The translations under genes were made by a program, and so were the position numbers. Shown one piece after another: positions 1 through 13,348 of a stretch of 64,000 nt of DNA (positions are counted from its first letter, which is position 1; each line of letters begins with the position of its first letter). Location: contig CBDBDR010000017.1 of NCBI GenBank assembly GCA_965203965.1, positions 768,001 to 832,000 of the forward strand. The letters are read 5' to 3'. The notes beneath the pieces were generated by a model. That model saw nothing but the letters and a program-made list of their open reading frames with translations, had not been told where the DNA came from and searched no databases. Source of the stretch: Thermodesulfobacteriota bacterium (GTDB taxonomy: Bacteria; Desulfobacterota_D; UBA1144; Nemesobacterales; JAJCZQ01).

Positions 1-1289
1 TCTTGAGTTCCTATAAATTTCTTCGGACTTGTAGATAAATAAATCTCGTATTCATTAAATCCAAAAGTCTCCAGAAAACTTGTCGTTAAGTTCATAACTT
101 CAATAACTTCATCCTTAATTTGATCAGGTGTGCAGAATATATGTGCATCATCCTGTGAAAAACCCCTCATCCTTAGTAGTCCATGAAGAACTCCTGATCT
201 CTCATATCTATAAACAGTACCAACCTCAGCCCATCTTAAAGGCAAGTCGCGGTAGCTTCTTACTTTAGTTTTATAAATCATAATATGGAACGGACAGTTC
301 ATTGGTTTTAACTGATATCTTAGATTGCCAATTTCCATAGGTGAGAACATATTTTCGCTGTAAAAATCCGTGTGTCCGCTTGCTTCCCACAAGTCAAGTT
401 TGGCAACATGGGGAGTAAAAAGTATTTCATAACCCAATTTCTCATGATGCTGGCGCCAGAAATCCTCAATTACCCTTCTTATCCTTGCCCCCCGAGGGTG
501 CCACAACACCAAACCCGAACCAACTTCTTCCTGTATACTGAAGAGATCAAGTTCCGTGCCAAGTTTGCGGTGGTCTCTTTTTTTCGCTTCTTCAAGCTGC
601 GATAGATACTTTTTAAGTTCTTTCCTGTCCCAAAAAGCAGTGCCATAAATCCTTTGGAGCATGGCATTGTTTTCATTGCCTCTCCAGTAAGCTCCCGCCG
701 AACCTGTAAGTTTGAATGAGTTAATCAATCCCGTTGAGGGAACATGAGGACCTCTGCACAGATCATACCAAGTTTGCTGGTCGTAGATTGTAATACTTTC
801 GTTTACGGGCAAATCTTCAATTATTTCAACTTTATATTTCTCACCGTTCTTGGTAAATATGTCAATTGCCTCGTCTCTTGAGATTATCTTTCTAATAAGT
901 GGCTTATCTTCCGCAATTATTTCCCCCATTCTTTCTTCTATTTTTTCCAGATCTTCGGGTGTAAAACCTCTTGGAAAATCAAAATCATAGTAAAATCCAT
1001 TCTCAATTACCGGGCCTATAGTTACTTTAGCTTCAGGATAAAGCGATTGCACCGCCTCAGCCATAACGTGTGCGGCGGTGTGCCTGATGAGTTGCAAGCC
1101 ATCTTCGGAACGATTTTTTATCGGTTCAATTTCAGAATTTTCCTCAACATTGTGCCAGAAATCTGTAACAACTCCATTTACCTTGGCTCCAATGCAGTCG
1201 TCCTTTAATTCAAAGGATTCCAGTATATCGCCAACATTTAAACCGAGGATGAATTCTCTCTCTTTATTACCTTTAACACTAACCTTCAT
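1..1289 (-). CDS. thrS: Threonine--tRNA ligase, 5' part (runs off window start)
   Basis: Manual translation from ATG at 1289 gives MKVSVKGNKERE...IRHTAAHVMAEAVQSLYPEAKVTIGPVIENGFYYDF, then DLCRGPHVP, KPMNCPFH and GLLRMRGFSQDDAHIFC, which are hallmark ThrRS motifs. Absent from the ORF track because there is no stop in the window. Confidence 0.96.
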   Translation of the reverse strand, partial: MKVSVKGNKEREFILGLNVGDILESFELKDDCIGAKVNGVVTDFWHNVEENSEIEPIKNRSEDGLQLIRHTAAHVMAEAVQSLYPEAKVTIGPVIENGFYYDFDFPRGFTPEDLEKIEERMGEIIAEDKPLIRKIISRDEAIDIFTKNGEKYKVEIIEDLPVNESITIYDQQTWYDLCRGPHVPSTGLINSFKLTGSAGAYWRGNENNAMLQRIYGTAFWDRKELKKYLSQLEEAKKRDHRKLGTELDLFSIQEEVGSGLVLWHPRGARIRRVIEDFWRQHHEKLGYEILFTPHVAKLDLWEASGHTDFYSENMFSPMEIGNLRYQLKPMNCPFHIMIYKTKVRSYRDLPLRWAEVGTVYRYERSGVLHGLLRMRGFSQDDAHIFCTPDQIKDEVIEVMNLTTSFLETFGFNEYEIYLSTSPKKFIGTQ

Positions 1290-1312
1290 AAGTTTTTGAT
1301 TCCTGAATATCG

Positions 1313-1384
1313 TGAGCACGGCAGGATTTGAACCTGCGACCTCTTGCGTGTCAAGCAAGCGCTCTCCCCCTGAGCTACGCACTC
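1313..1384 (-). tRNA. tRNA-Val (GAC)
   Basis: Reverse complement GAGTGCG-TAGCTCAGGGGGAGAGC-G-CTTGC TT GAC AC GCAAG-AGGTC-GCAGGTTCAAATCCTGC-CGTGCTC-A forms a full cloverleaf with a GTTCAAAT T-loop and anticodon GAC. CCA is not encoded. Confidence 0.95.
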
Positions 1385-1527
1385 CTGAAAAAAATAAGGA
1401 ATTATTCTCTTGAATATTAAAATGTATGTCAAGAAACGTAATATAGGAAATGGAAAATCACTATTAAACGGACAAGAAACTTCGCTTGGAATACTGACTA
1501 TCCTGTCTGTATCTGTATATAAAATTA

Positions 1528-2742
1528 CTAAGATAAAGTTGATATGAGCTTAAACATTGGCAAGTACATAGCCATCACAAGTACACCAACTGTAACACCA
1601 ATGAAAACCATCAGCAGCGGCTCAATGGTTGACGTAATAGAATCAACAGCATTGTCTACTTCCTGTTCATAAAAATCCGCTATCTTCTCCATCATGGAGT
1701 CTATACTACCAGTCTGCTCACCAACATTTACCATACTCACAACAAGTATAGAAAAAATATTAGGGCTCTGTTGTAAAGAAAATGCAAGGGTTTCACCTCT
1801 ACTTACCCTTTCCCTTGAAGACATAATGGCTTCTTGCACTACTAAATTTCCGGATGTTGACGATGCTGTCTCCAATCCATCTAAAAGCGTAACTCCAGCT
1901 CTAGTTAATTCACCCAAAGTACGGCAAAATCTGGAAATAACTAATTTCTTAATAAGATCACCTACTAGGGGTGCCCTCAAAATAAGACCGTCCGCAGACC
2001 TCCTAAATCTTTTACTTTTGCTATAGCTGTAACTCACAAACAAACAGAAAACTACAATAACAGCCAGTAAATAAACAACGTTAGCCTTTACAAAATAACT
2101 TAAGGTTACCACCCCTTGAGTAAGGGGAGGGAGTGTAGTTTGCATATCAGCAAATATTTTTGTAAAAATAGGAATCACATAAACAAGAAGAATCATAATT
2201 ACTGCAACAGCTACCAATGTTACAATTGACGGATAGATCATAGCGCGTTGGACTCTTTTCTTGAGATCTCGCGTCCTTCTCATATAATCGGCAAGTCTTT
2301 TCAAAGAAGAAACTAAAATACCACCTGCTTCACCAGACCTAACTAAACTCACGTATAATGAGGAGAAAAGCTTGGGATGTCTGGAAAGTGAATCGGCAAA
2401 AGTTGAACCGCTTTCTATTGATCTCCTAATCCTGATTAGGATATCTTTGAAATTCTTAGATTGCTGCTGTTCGGCTAAAACACTTAATGATTTTACCAAA
2501 ACCATACCAGAATCTACCATTGTAGATAACTGATCTGTAAAAGAAATAATATCGTCTTCAGAGACACCGCTACCTAATGTTATATTGAAATCAGACCAAC
2601 TACTCTTTTTCTTGATCTTATCAAAATTAGGTTTAATTCCAAGTTGACCTAGATTATTAATAACCGCAGACTTATTGGCTGCCTCCATTTCCCCTTTACG
2701 AACACCTTGGTCAGTTGTTCCTTCCCATGTATATACTGGCAT
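1528..2742 (-). CDS. pilC: Type IV pilus inner-membrane platform protein PilC (GspF family)
   Basis: Two GspF repeats (SGEAGG...AMIYP; VGEQTGSID...IEPLLMV); lies downstream of pilB-pilT. Confidence 0.93.
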   Translation of the reverse strand: MPVYTWEGTTDQGVRKGEMEAANKSAVINNLGQLGIKPNFDKIKKKSSWSDFNITLGSGVSEDDIISFTDQLSTMVDSGMVLVKSLSVLAEQQQSKNFKDILIRIRRSIESGSTFADSLSRHPKLFSSLYVSLVRSGEAGGILVSSLKRLADYMRRTRDLKKRVQRAMIYPSIVTLVAVAVIMILLVYVIPIFTKIFADMQTTLPPLTQGVVTLSYFVKANVVYLLAVIVVFCLFVSYSYSKSKRFRRSADGLILRAPLVGDLIKKLVISRFCRTLGELTRAGVTLLDGLETASSTSGNLVVQEAIMSSRERVSRGETLAFSLQQSPNIFSILVVSMVNVGEQTGSIDSMMEKIADFYEQEVDNAVDSITSTIEPLLMVFIGVTVGVLVMAMYLPMFKLISTLS

Positions 2743-2757
2743 TAAAATATCATCCTA

Positions 2758-3852
2758 TCAACTTCCGGACTTTTGCCTCAGTGTACCTTTATATCTCATT
2801 AATAAATCTTGCAATTCCATGGTATCTTGACTATGAGATTTAGCATCTTCGTAAGAAATTAACCCCTTCGCACAAAGATTGGCAAGACTTTGGTTAAGTG
2901 TCTGCATTTTAGTCTCTTGCTGTCCCAACTGTTGCTGTCCGTATATCTGGTGCACTTTATCCTCACGAATGAGATTCCTTACGGCATTGTTGGGTATCAG
3001 TACTTCCACTGCAAGTACAAGACCTCCTCCAATTTTTGGTAACAAGGATTGGCACAACACTCCTTCCAAAACCAAAGACAGTTGCCCCCTGATCTGAGAC
3101 TGTTCGTCAGCTGGAAAAACATCAATAATACGGTTAACGGTCTGGACAGCTGTATTAGTATGCAAGGTTCCAAACGCTAAGTGACCCGTTTCCGCAATTG
3201 ACATAGCAGCTCTCATAGTTTCAAGGTCCCTCAATTCGCCTATCATCACAACATCAGGATCTTCTCTTAAAGAACTTCTTAAAGCATTATGAAAACTCTT
3301 TGTATCCCTATTGACTTCTCTTTGGCTAATAAGACTGTTGCCATGTCTAAAAACATATTCTACGGGATCTTCAATTGTTATAATATGCTTTTGAAATTCT
3401 TCGGTGATCTGTTTAATCATTGAGGCCATCGTGGTGCTTTTACCACTACCCGTTGGTCCGGTCACTAAAATTAACCCCTTGGGTCTTTTGACCAGTGAGG
3501 AAACAACCGGTGGCAACCCAAGCTCTTTAATATTTTTAATTACAGGTTCCAGTATTCTAAAGGCAGCAGCAACACTATCACTTTGCATATAAACGTTTGC
3601 ACGAAACCTCCCAATATTTTCCAAACCAAAAGCAAAATCAATCTCTTTATTTTCTTCAAAATCATGCTTTTGTTTATCCTTTAAGACACTGTAGCAAATA
3701 TCTTTTGTTTCATTGACAGACAGTGGGCGAGATTCTAAAGGTATTAATTTTGCATTTACTCTACCCATTGGGGGAGCTCCAGCAACAATGTGCAAATCAG
3801 TAGAACCATGTTTCACCATTAATTCTAATAGTTTATGTAATGATATTGCCAT
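2758..3852 (-). CDS. pilT: Type IV pilus retraction ATPase PilT
   Basis: Walker A GPTGSGKSTT, TIEDPVE, LREDPDV, AETGHL, TLHT and the PilT-specific AVRNLIRE motif. Confidence 0.96.
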   Translation of the reverse strand: MAISLHKLLELMVKHGSTDLHIVAGAPPMGRVNAKLIPLESRPLSVNETKDICYSVLKDKQKHDFEENKEIDFAFGLENIGRFRANVYMQSDSVAAAFRILEPVIKNIKELGLPPVVSSLVKRPKGLILVTGPTGSGKSTTMASMIKQITEEFQKHIITIEDPVEYVFRHGNSLISQREVNRDTKSFHNALRSSLREDPDVVMIGELRDLETMRAAMSIAETGHLAFGTLHTNTAVQTVNRIIDVFPADEQSQIRGQLSLVLEGVLCQSLLPKIGGGLVLAVEVLIPNNAVRNLIREDKVHQIYGQQQLGQQETKMQTLNQSLANLCAKGLISYEDAKSHSQDTMELQDLLMRYKGTLRQKSGS

Positions 3853-3858
3853 AAAAGA

Positions 3859-5538
3859 TCAACCATCCTTTCCAGAAATTTTAATTACTTCATCAATTGT
3901 TATAAGTCCTGCTTTTAATTTACCAAGTGCGCTCTGCCTTAGCGTTAACATACCTTGATCTATTGCTGCTTTTTTAATTTCAGAAGCTAATGCCCCGTTC
4001 ATAATGAGGTCTTTGATTTGTTGAGTTAATACCAGCACTTCATATACGGATATCCTACCCTTGTAACCTGTTCCGTAACATTTGTCGCAACCTGTCCCAG
4101 CAAAACAATCAAATTTCCCTATCTCTTCGGAAGGCACTCCATTATTAATTAACAGTTGAGGAATAACGTCTACTTTGTCCTTACAATTATCGCAAATTAA
4201 CCTAACAAGTCTCTGTGCAACAATCGCATTTAACGAGGATGCAATAAGAAACGGCTCAATACCGATATTTAACAATCTTGCAATCGTTGATACCGAGTCG
4301 TTTGTATGAAGAGTAGACAGCACAAGGTGCCCCGTTAGGGCAGCTTTAATTGAAATTTCGGCAGTTTCATAATCTCTTATCTCTCCAACAAGAATTATGT
4401 CGGGATCCTGTCTTAAAAAAGCCCTAAGGCATGAAGCAAAGGTCAACCCGATATCCTCATGGACTCTAACTTGATTGATACCCTGAATAGTATATTCAAC
4501 TGGGTCTTCGGCAGTGGAAATATTTACTTCATTGTTATTCATCTCCATTAAACTTGAGTAAAGAGTGGTTGTTTTACCACTACCAGTTGGACCAGTTATC
4601 AACACCATCCCATGTGGCTGAAAGATTGACTTTCTGAATTCTTCCAACTGTCGTTTATTAAAACCTAACTTTTCTAGGTCAAATTGTAAGTTACCTTTAT
4701 CCAAAACTCTTAAAACGACCTTCTCGCCAAAAACAGTTGGAATAGATGAGACACGGTATTCAATATAACCTTTTTTTGGAATTCTCATCTTTATCCTGCC
4801 ATCCTGTGGCAACCTTCTCTCGGCTATATTCATACCTGCCATAATCTTGATTCTGGATGAAATTGCATTCTTCGCTTTAACAGGAGGGGAAATGTCATCA
4901 GAAAGAACACCGTCCATTCTGTACCTGATTCTGAGATCTTTTTCAGAAGGTTCTATATGAATATCACTCGCACCTTTTTTGACGGCATTAGTAAGGATAA
5001 AATTTACAAGTTTGATTATAGGGGCATCTTCATAAGAAACATCCTGTTCTTCGTCATCACTTTCTTCTTCGTATTCATACAAATCTACATCCTCACCTAA
5101 CCCTTCACCTATATTTTCAATTACACGGCTAAGTTCCTTTTCACTCTCTTTTTCCAACTCCGTAGCAATTTGTTCCTCGTGCTCTTCCTGCGTTCCGTAG
5201 TACCTATTTATTGCTTCTTTAATTTCACTCTCAGATGAAACAACCACTTCGACCTCATAGCCCGTGGTAAACTTAATATCGTCAATAGCAAAAACATCAG
5301 ACGGGTCAGATAAAGCAATTTGTATCAAATTTGAACTTAATAGATCAAGTGGGATTAATTTGTGCCTATGTGCCAAATCTCTTGAAACAAGCTGTATAAC
5401 CTCTGGGGATATTTGTCTATTGCTTAAGCTTATATAAGGTAAACCATATCTCCCGCTTAACTCATTAGCTAGAGATATATCATCTCTAATCTCAATCTCA
5501 CCTTCATTTAATTCCTTATCTTTTTCGCTAACTGACAC
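3859..5538 (-). CDS. pilB: Type IV pilus assembly ATPase PilB
   Basis: [33 protein letters not shown], tetracysteine motif (CDNC...CDKC) and GYKGR; GTG start with a GGAGG RBS. Confidence 0.95.
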   Translation of the reverse strand: MSVSEKDKELNEGEIEIRDDISLANELSGRYGLPYISLSNRQISPEVIQLVSRDLAHRHKLIPLDLLSSNLIQIALSDPSDVFAIDDIKFTTGYEVEVVVSSESEIKEAINRYYGTQEEHEEQIATELEKESEKELSRVIENIGEGLGEDVDLYEYEEESDDEEQDVSYEDAPIIKLVNFILTNAVKKGASDIHIEPSEKDLRIRYRMDGVLSDDISPPVKAKNAISSRIKIMAGMNIAERRLPQDGRIKMRIPKKGYIEYRVSSIPTVFGEKVVLRVLDKGNLQFDLEKLGFNKRQLEEFRKSIFQPHGMVLITGPTGSGKTTTLYSSLMEMNNNEVNISTAEDPVEYTIQGINQVRVHEDIGLTFASCLRAFLRQDPDIILVGEIRDYETAEISIKAALTGHLVLSTLHTNDSVSTIARLLNIGIEPFLIASSLNAIVAQRLVRLICDNCKDKVDVIPQLLINNGVPSEEIGKFDCFAGTGCDKCYGTGYKGRISVYEVLVLTQQIKDLIMNGALASEIKKAAIDQGMLTLRQSALGKLKAGLITIDEVIKISGKDG

Positions 5539-5619
5539 AATGAAACCTCCTACGTAGCTACTTTGATCTTAATACTTTTAATTTATTACCTAGCAGGCAG
5601 TATTATACCTTACACAATA

Positions 5620-6498
5620 ATGAGTTTTCAAAAATTAATAATAGATTTACAAAATTTTTGGGCAGAAAAAGGTTGTGTGATAGCCCAACCGTATGACATT
5701 GAGAAAGGTGCCGGCACCTTTCATCCTGCCACTTTTCTAAGATGTTTGGGGCCTGAACCTTGGAGAGTGGCTTACATTGAACCATCAAGAAGACCATCCG
5801 ATGGAAGATACGGGGATAATCCAAACAGGCTTCAGCACTACTACCAATTCCAAGTTTTGATAAAACCATCACCGGATAATATACAGCAACTTTATTTGGA
5901 CAGTCTTGAATATTTGGGAATAGAACCACTTGAGCACGATATAAGATTTGTGGAAGATGATTGGGAATCCCCAACTCTCGGAGCATGGGGTCTTGGCTGG
6001 GAAGTCTGGCTTGATGGAATGGAAATAACACAGTTTACCTACTTTCAGCAGGCTGGGGGAATCGATCTCAACCCGATTTCCACTGAGATAACATACGGAA
6101 CCGAAAGAATAGCCATGTATCTTCAGAAGGTTGAAAATGTCTTTGACCTTAAGTGGACTGAAGAAATAACTTATGGCGAGATATTTCATCAAAATGAATT
6201 TCAGGCTTCAAAATACAATTTTGAAGAGTCCGATCCAGTGATGTTGAAAGACCTGTTTGAAAAATTTGAGACCGAGTGCAAAAAACTCATTGAAAAACAA
6301 CTTCCTATACCGGCCTATGAATACTGCTTAAAATCCTCTCACACCTTCAACTTGTTGGATGCACGGGGAAAAATTGGCGTTGCCGAGCGTGCCAATTACA
6401 TTGCCAGAGTTAGAAAAATTGCAAACATGTGTGCTCAATCCTATCTGCAAAACAGAGAAAGTCTCGGATTCCCATTGTTGAAAAACAAAAATGAATAA
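5620..6498 (+). CDS. glyQ: Glycine--tRNA ligase alpha subunit
   Basis: [37 protein letters not shown] and [12 protein letters not shown]; start moved to ATG 5620 (MSFQKLI). Confidence 0.97.
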   Translation: MSFQKLIIDLQNFWAEKGCVIAQPYDIEKGAGTFHPATFLRCLGPEPWRVAYIEPSRRPSDGRYGDNPNRLQHYYQFQVLIKPSPDNIQQLYLDSLEYLGIEPLEHDIRFVEDDWESPTLGAWGLGWEVWLDGMEITQFTYFQQAGGIDLNPISTEITYGTERIAMYLQKVENVFDLKWTEEITYGEIFHQNEFQASKYNFEESDPVMLKDLFEKFETECKKLIEKQLPIPAYEYCLKSSHTFNLLDARGKIGVAERANYIARVRKIANMCAQSYLQNRESLGFPLLKNKNE

Positions 6499-8578
6499 AG
6501 AACTACTGCTTGAAATAGGAACCGAAGAAATTCCCGCCCTGTTTTTGGAAGAGTCTGCAAGGGATTTAAACAGGATAATAACAAAGGAGTTTGAAAAAAG
6601 CTGGCTTGAATTCGGAAACGTTGAAATTTTTTACACACCAAGAAGATTAGCGGTAAGAGTATCAAACCTCTTGCCAGATCAAAAGGAAAGAACAGTTGAA
6701 AATTTTGGCCCATCCAAAAAGACGGCATTTGATATTAATGGAAAGCTCACCAAAGCTGCTTTGGGATTTGCAAGGTCTCAGGGAGTTGATTTTGAGCAAC
6801 TTGACATGGTCAAAAGAAAAAATGGAGAATTCCTCACGTTCAGAAAAAAGATAAGAGGTGAAAAAACCAGTGAGGTCTTAAAAACCCTGCTTCCTAAAAT
6901 AATCAACTCAATTCACTTCAGAAAATCAATGAGGTGGGGATACGGTAAAACAACCTTTGCAAGACCTATCAGATGGATAATGTGCATTTATAACGGCAAG
7001 AAATTGGAATTTGAGTTTGATGACATAAAAAGCAATTCTAAAAGCTACGGACACAGGTTTACTTCACCAGAATCTTTCTCGCCCGCGAACTGGAATGATT
7101 ATATATATCATCTAGAAAAAAAGGATGTCTACATCAATCAATCTAAAAGAAAAAAATCCATTGAAAAAGGGATTGACGAATTGGCATCAAAACTGGGAGG
7201 ACACGTTGAAAAAGATGAAGAACTTCTTGAAACAGTTAACAACTTAATTGAATGCCCCGTAGTCCTTCACGGACAGTTTGAAAAGGGTTTCTTAAAAATC
7301 CCAAAAGAAGTGCTTATCAGTGTGATGAAAATTCATCAAAAATACTTCCCCGTATTATCAAAATCAAAAAAAATCCTCCCATACTTCATTTTTGTTTGCG
7401 GAACTCGCGTTAGAAATAATGAAACCGTTATAAGAGGAAATGAGATAGTTTTAAGAGCACGATTCAGAGACGCAGAGTTTTTCTGGAACGAAGATATAAA
7501 GTCCCCCCTTGCGAACAATCTGGAAAAATTAGAAACAGTAGAGTTTCTCTCCCGGATTGGAAGCTATGCCGAGAAAACAGGAAGGTTGAAAGATAATGTT
7601 GAAAATCTCGCATATTACGCTGGAATAAACACCGATGATATAGCAATAAACTTAAGAAGAGCCGCCGAGCTTTCAAAGGCAGATCTTGTATCAAAAATGG
7701 TATTTGAGTTCCCTGAACTTCAGGGGATCATGGGCAAATACTATGCAAGAAAATCGGGAGAAGAAAATGAGGTTGCCACAGCAATAGAAGAACAATATAT
7801 GCCGAGAGAACGAGATGGAAAACTACCATCAACAACAATAGGAGCACTACTCAGCATAGCAGATAAAATTGATAACATTTGTTCTTGTTTTGCAGTCGGT
7901 TTGAAGGCTACAGGGTCTGCTGATCCACATGCTCTGAGAAGGCAGGCTATTGGCATTATACAAATAGTTCTGAAAAAACAGTGGAGTTTCAACTTACAAA
8001 TTGCACTGGAAAATACACTTGGACATGTGCTTCAAAAAATACCCATGGAGGCTAAAAAGGAAAAAACCCGTGTTGATATTGCAGGTTTTATCTCTGAAAG
8101 ATTTAAAAATTTGATGTTGGAAGAAGGCTACTCAAACAACGTGGTTGATTCGGTGCTTTCAACAGGTTTTGACAATATCCTTGATAGTTATAACAAGATA
8201 AAAGCTCTGGAAAAATTCAAAAAGCAAAAGGGGTTTGCAGAACTTGCAGCTGTTTTTAAGCGTGTAGTGAACATCATAAAAGAAAAGCCCGTGGCAAGAT
8301 TAGACCCCTCCCTTTTTAAGGACAATTCTGAACGCAAACTTCATGAGGTCTTTGTAGATATAAATGAGAAAGCAAACAATTATAATGAAGGCGTAACTAC
8401 TAAGGCAGATTACACGGAAATACTCAAAGAAATAAAAAAACTGAAAAAACCTGTGGACAACTTCTTCAATTCAGTCTTGGTAATGGATAAGGATGAAAGG
8501 TTAAAAAACAACAGGTTGGCTCTACTGAATGAAATAAAAAACCTCTTCTTCCGTATCTGTGATTTTTCCAGAATTTAG
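6491..8578 (+). CDS. glyS: Glycine--tRNA ligase beta subunit
   Basis: [43 protein letters not shown] and the C-terminal NRLALL; overlaps glyQ by 8 nt. Confidence 0.96.
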   Translation: MNKELLLEIGTEEIPALFLEESARDLNRIITKEFEKSWLEFGNVEIFYTPRRLAVRVSNLLPDQKERTVENFGPSKKTAFDINGKLTKAALGFARSQGVDFEQLDMVKRKNGEFLTFRKKIRGEKTSEVLKTLLPKIINSIHFRKSMRWGYGKTTFARPIRWIMCIYNGKKLEFEFDDIKSNSKSYGHRFTSPESFSPANWNDYIYHLEKKDVYINQSKRKKSIEKGIDELASKLGGHVEKDEELLETVNNLIECPVVLHGQFEKGFLKIPKEVLISVMKIHQKYFPVLSKSKKILPYFIFVCGTRVRNNETVIRGNEIVLRARFRDAEFFWNEDIKSPLANNLEKLETVEFLSRIGSYAEKTGRLKDNVENLAYYAGINTDDIAINLRRAAELSKADLVSKMVFEFPELQGIMGKYYARKSGEENEVATAIEEQYMPRERDGKLPSTTIGALLSIADKIDNICSCFAVGLKATGSADPHALRRQAIGIIQIVLKKQWSFNLQIALENTLGHVLQKIPMEAKKEKTRVDIAGFISERFKNLMLEEGYSNNVVDSVLSTGFDNILDSYNKIKALEKFKKQKGFAELAAVFKRVVNIIKEKPVARLDPSLFKDNSERKLHEVFVDINEKANNYNEGVTTKADYTEILKEIKKLKKPVDNFFNSVLVMDKDERLKNNRLALLNEIKNLFFRICDFSRI

Positions 8579-8648
8579 TTGTTACAAAACTGAAATCAAT
8601 CTAACAACGGACGTGTATTGGTCTTCAGATACAATCAAACTCCTTCAC

Positions 8649-9173
8649 TCAAAATTCAGATTCTCCTTTGTAATTGTTCCCATAAGAGTTTAAATGAAAA
8701 ACGTCTTCAGGATTTTTTCTGTATTTGCGCGTTGTAACTTTATCTTTATTGAAATAACCAAACGGTAAAACCGTCAGAACATTCCATCTATCGGGAATTT
8801 GTAGAAACTGCTTCAATCCCACATCATCAATCCTTCCTATCCAGCAGGAACCAAGACCAAAACTCCAAGCGGTCAATACCATATTCTGCACGGCTCTTGT
8901 TGTGTCTATTTCATGCCACTTTGACCTCGGATCACTCAAAACAACCACTGCAAAAGCAGCCTGTGAGATAAAATTTCCGCTGATACAGTATTTCACCATT
9001 CTCTCCAGCTTTTTCTTTTCCACGATCAGAATAAATTCCCATGGCTGATCATTACGGGCACTGGGGGCTAACCTACCTGCTTCTATCACGTTGTGAATAA
9101 TTTCGGCATCAACGTCCTTATTCTGATAGCCCCTGATTGAACTTAAAGTTGATACACACTTGAAAACTTCCAT
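8649..9173 (-). CDS. Nitroreductase family protein
   Basis: SIRGY, AGRLAPSARNDQPWEF and QNMVLTAWSFGLGSCWIG motifs. Confidence 0.9.
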   Translation of the reverse strand: MEVFKCVSTLSSIRGYQNKDVDAEIIHNVIEAGRLAPSARNDQPWEFILIVEKKKLERMVKYCISGNFISQAAFAVVVLSDPRSKWHEIDTTRAVQNMVLTAWSFGLGSCWIGRIDDVGLKQFLQIPDRWNVLTVLPFGYFNKDKVTTRKYRKNPEDVFHLNSYGNNYKGESEF

Positions 9174-9268
9174 TAATGTTCCCTGTGATTTAACTTCTTC
9201 TGACCATACAGTTCAATTTTTCTTGTGGTATTTGAAGCGTTTACAAAAGAATAAACTGAGAGTATTAA

Positions 9269-11830
<2,562 letters not shown>

Positions 11831-11882
11831 TTACACTTCAGCGATTGGCAATTATCAATGTTTTCCACCGTATTAACAAACG

Positions 11883-12440
11883 CTAAGAAATCTTAGGGAT
11901 GGTTATTCCAGACTGCTTCTGATACTTGCCCTTCTTATCAGCATAAGATGTTTCACACTCTTCATCCGCCTCAAAAAACAACACTTGTGCTATACCTTCA
12001 TTAGCATATATTTTGGCTGGGATTGGGGTGGTGTTTGATATTTCAAGTGTAACAAAGCCTTCCCATTCCGGCTCAAAAGGTGTAACGTTCACAATTATCC
12101 CACACCTTGCGTAAGTTGATTTACCCACGCAAATAGTGATGGTGCTTCTTGGTATTCTGAAATACTCCACAGTCCTAGCAAGGGCAAAAGAATTTGGTGG
12201 CACTATGCAGACGTCATCATTTATTTCAACAAAAGACTTGTCATCAAAGTTTTTTGGGTCAACCAGTGAATTGAACACGTTTGTAAAAACTTTGAACTCA
12301 TCACTCACTCTGATGTCGTAACCATAAGCGGATAAACCATAGGAGATAACACCTTTACTGATTTGATTATCCACGAACGGTTCAATCATCTTAAGCTCCT
12401 GCGCCATTTTGCGTATCCAATGATCTGGTTTAATGCTCAT
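11883..12440 (-). CDS. dcd: dCTP deaminase
   Basis: [36 protein letters not shown] and YANEGIAQ. Confidence 0.96.
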   Translation of the reverse strand: MSIKPDHWIRKMAQELKMIEPFVDNQISKGVISYGLSAYGYDIRVSDEFKVFTNVFNSLVDPKNFDDKSFVEINDDVCIVPPNSFALARTVEYFRIPRSTITICVGKSTYARCGIIVNVTPFEPEWEGFVTLEISNTTPIPAKIYANEGIAQVLFFEADEECETSYADKKGKYQKQSGITIPKIS

Positions 12441-12787
12441 GATTAACTCACCTTCAAAATAATTTGACTTGCAAACTGCAATTTTGTCCCTGCAATTTTT
12501 ATAAACAGCGGATAAAGATGGGAAAAGATAGTATCACCGTATAATAATAACTCAATTCAAACCTTCCGTATTAGTTCCGGAGACACAATATTTACCGTTC
12601 GTTTTTCTGGATTCCTGCTTCTGCAAGAGAGCAGTTCTGAAGACATAATGCTTAATTATCTTAACTTCAAGCACTGCACCCATTTACCAGTGCAGCGATT
12701 GTACCTCCGAAATGATAGTTGTAAAACACTATTTTTGCTCTTTATCCACCCCCCTGGAGTTTGGAGTTTTTGGATGACAAGGTGGTA

Positions 12788-12837
12788 AATTTCCCTCCTC
12801 TGAAGGGGTGGCAGTCCGCAGGACTGACGGGGTAGTT
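12788..12837. repeat. REP/MITE-like palindromic element (single degenerate copy)
   Basis: TTCCCTCCTCTGAAGGGGTGG-CAGTCC GCA GGACTG-ACGGGGTAG contains two nested GC-rich hairpins in an AT-rich spacer. Only one copy was seen in the window. Confidence 0.4.
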
Positions 12838-12844
12838 CTACCTC

Positions 12845-12873
12845 TTGACAGCATTGCCAATGCAATTTATAAT
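12845..12873 (+). promoter_or_regulatory. Consensus sigma70 promoter of the metal-uptake operon
   Basis: TTGACA (12845-12850), a 17-bp spacer and TATAAT (12868-12873), ending 28 bp upstream of ATG 12902. Confidence 0.85.
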
Positions 12874-12891
12874 TGAGAAAAATTCTCAATT
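12871..12891. promoter_or_regulatory. Fur-family operator (9-3-9 palindrome)
   Basis: Perfect inverted repeat AATTGAGAA-AAA-TTCTCAATT overlapping the -10/+1 region directly upstream of a Fur-family gene. Confidence 0.75.
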
Positions 12892-12901
12892 GGAAAGCAA
12901 C

Positions 12902-13348
12902 ATGATAAATTTCCCGTGCATAAAAGAGCAGGATGCAAAAGAACTTTTGAAAGATAGAGGACTGAAATCAACTCCACAAAGGCTTGCGGTGCTACACGTT
13001 TTACATGAAAGCCCCGGATGCCTTTCAATAAACGATATTTTACAGAAAACAAAAGCAATTATACCCAACACGGGACTTGCAACGATTTACAGGACTCTTG
13101 ATATTTTTGTTGAACTTGGTCTTGCAACACGGGTTTATTTTCAGGATGGTTCCTGTTTCTATGCTTATTCAGCACAAGTTCACAGCCATCAGATCATCTG
13201 CACAAGTTGTAGCAAAAATATGGATTTACCTAAATGCCCTTTTGAGAACTATTTTGAGGATATATCATCCAAAACCGGGTTTAAAATTCATGATCATTTT
13301 GTTCAATTATATGGAGAATGCAATGACTGTAAGGGGTATCCAAGATGA
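12902..13348 (+). CDS. Fur-family transcriptional regulator (Zur-like by context)
   Basis: GLKSTPQRLAVL, GLATIYRTL, HSHQIICTSC and a C-terminal CNDC. Start moved to ATG 12902 because the TTG at 12845 is the -35 box. Confidence 0.9.
   Translation: MINFPCIKEQDAKELLKDRGLKSTPQRLAVLHVLHESPGCLSINDILQKTKAIIPNTGLATIYRTLDIFVELGLATRVYFQDGSCFYAYSAQVHSHQIICTSCSKNMDLPKCPFENYFEDISSKTGFKIHDHFVQLYGECNDCKGYPR

Noticed and set aside
5539..5619. T-box leader for glyQS or thrS
   Set aside because: The intergenic spaces (81 bp before glyQ, 23 bp before thrS) are too short and no T-box motif was seen.
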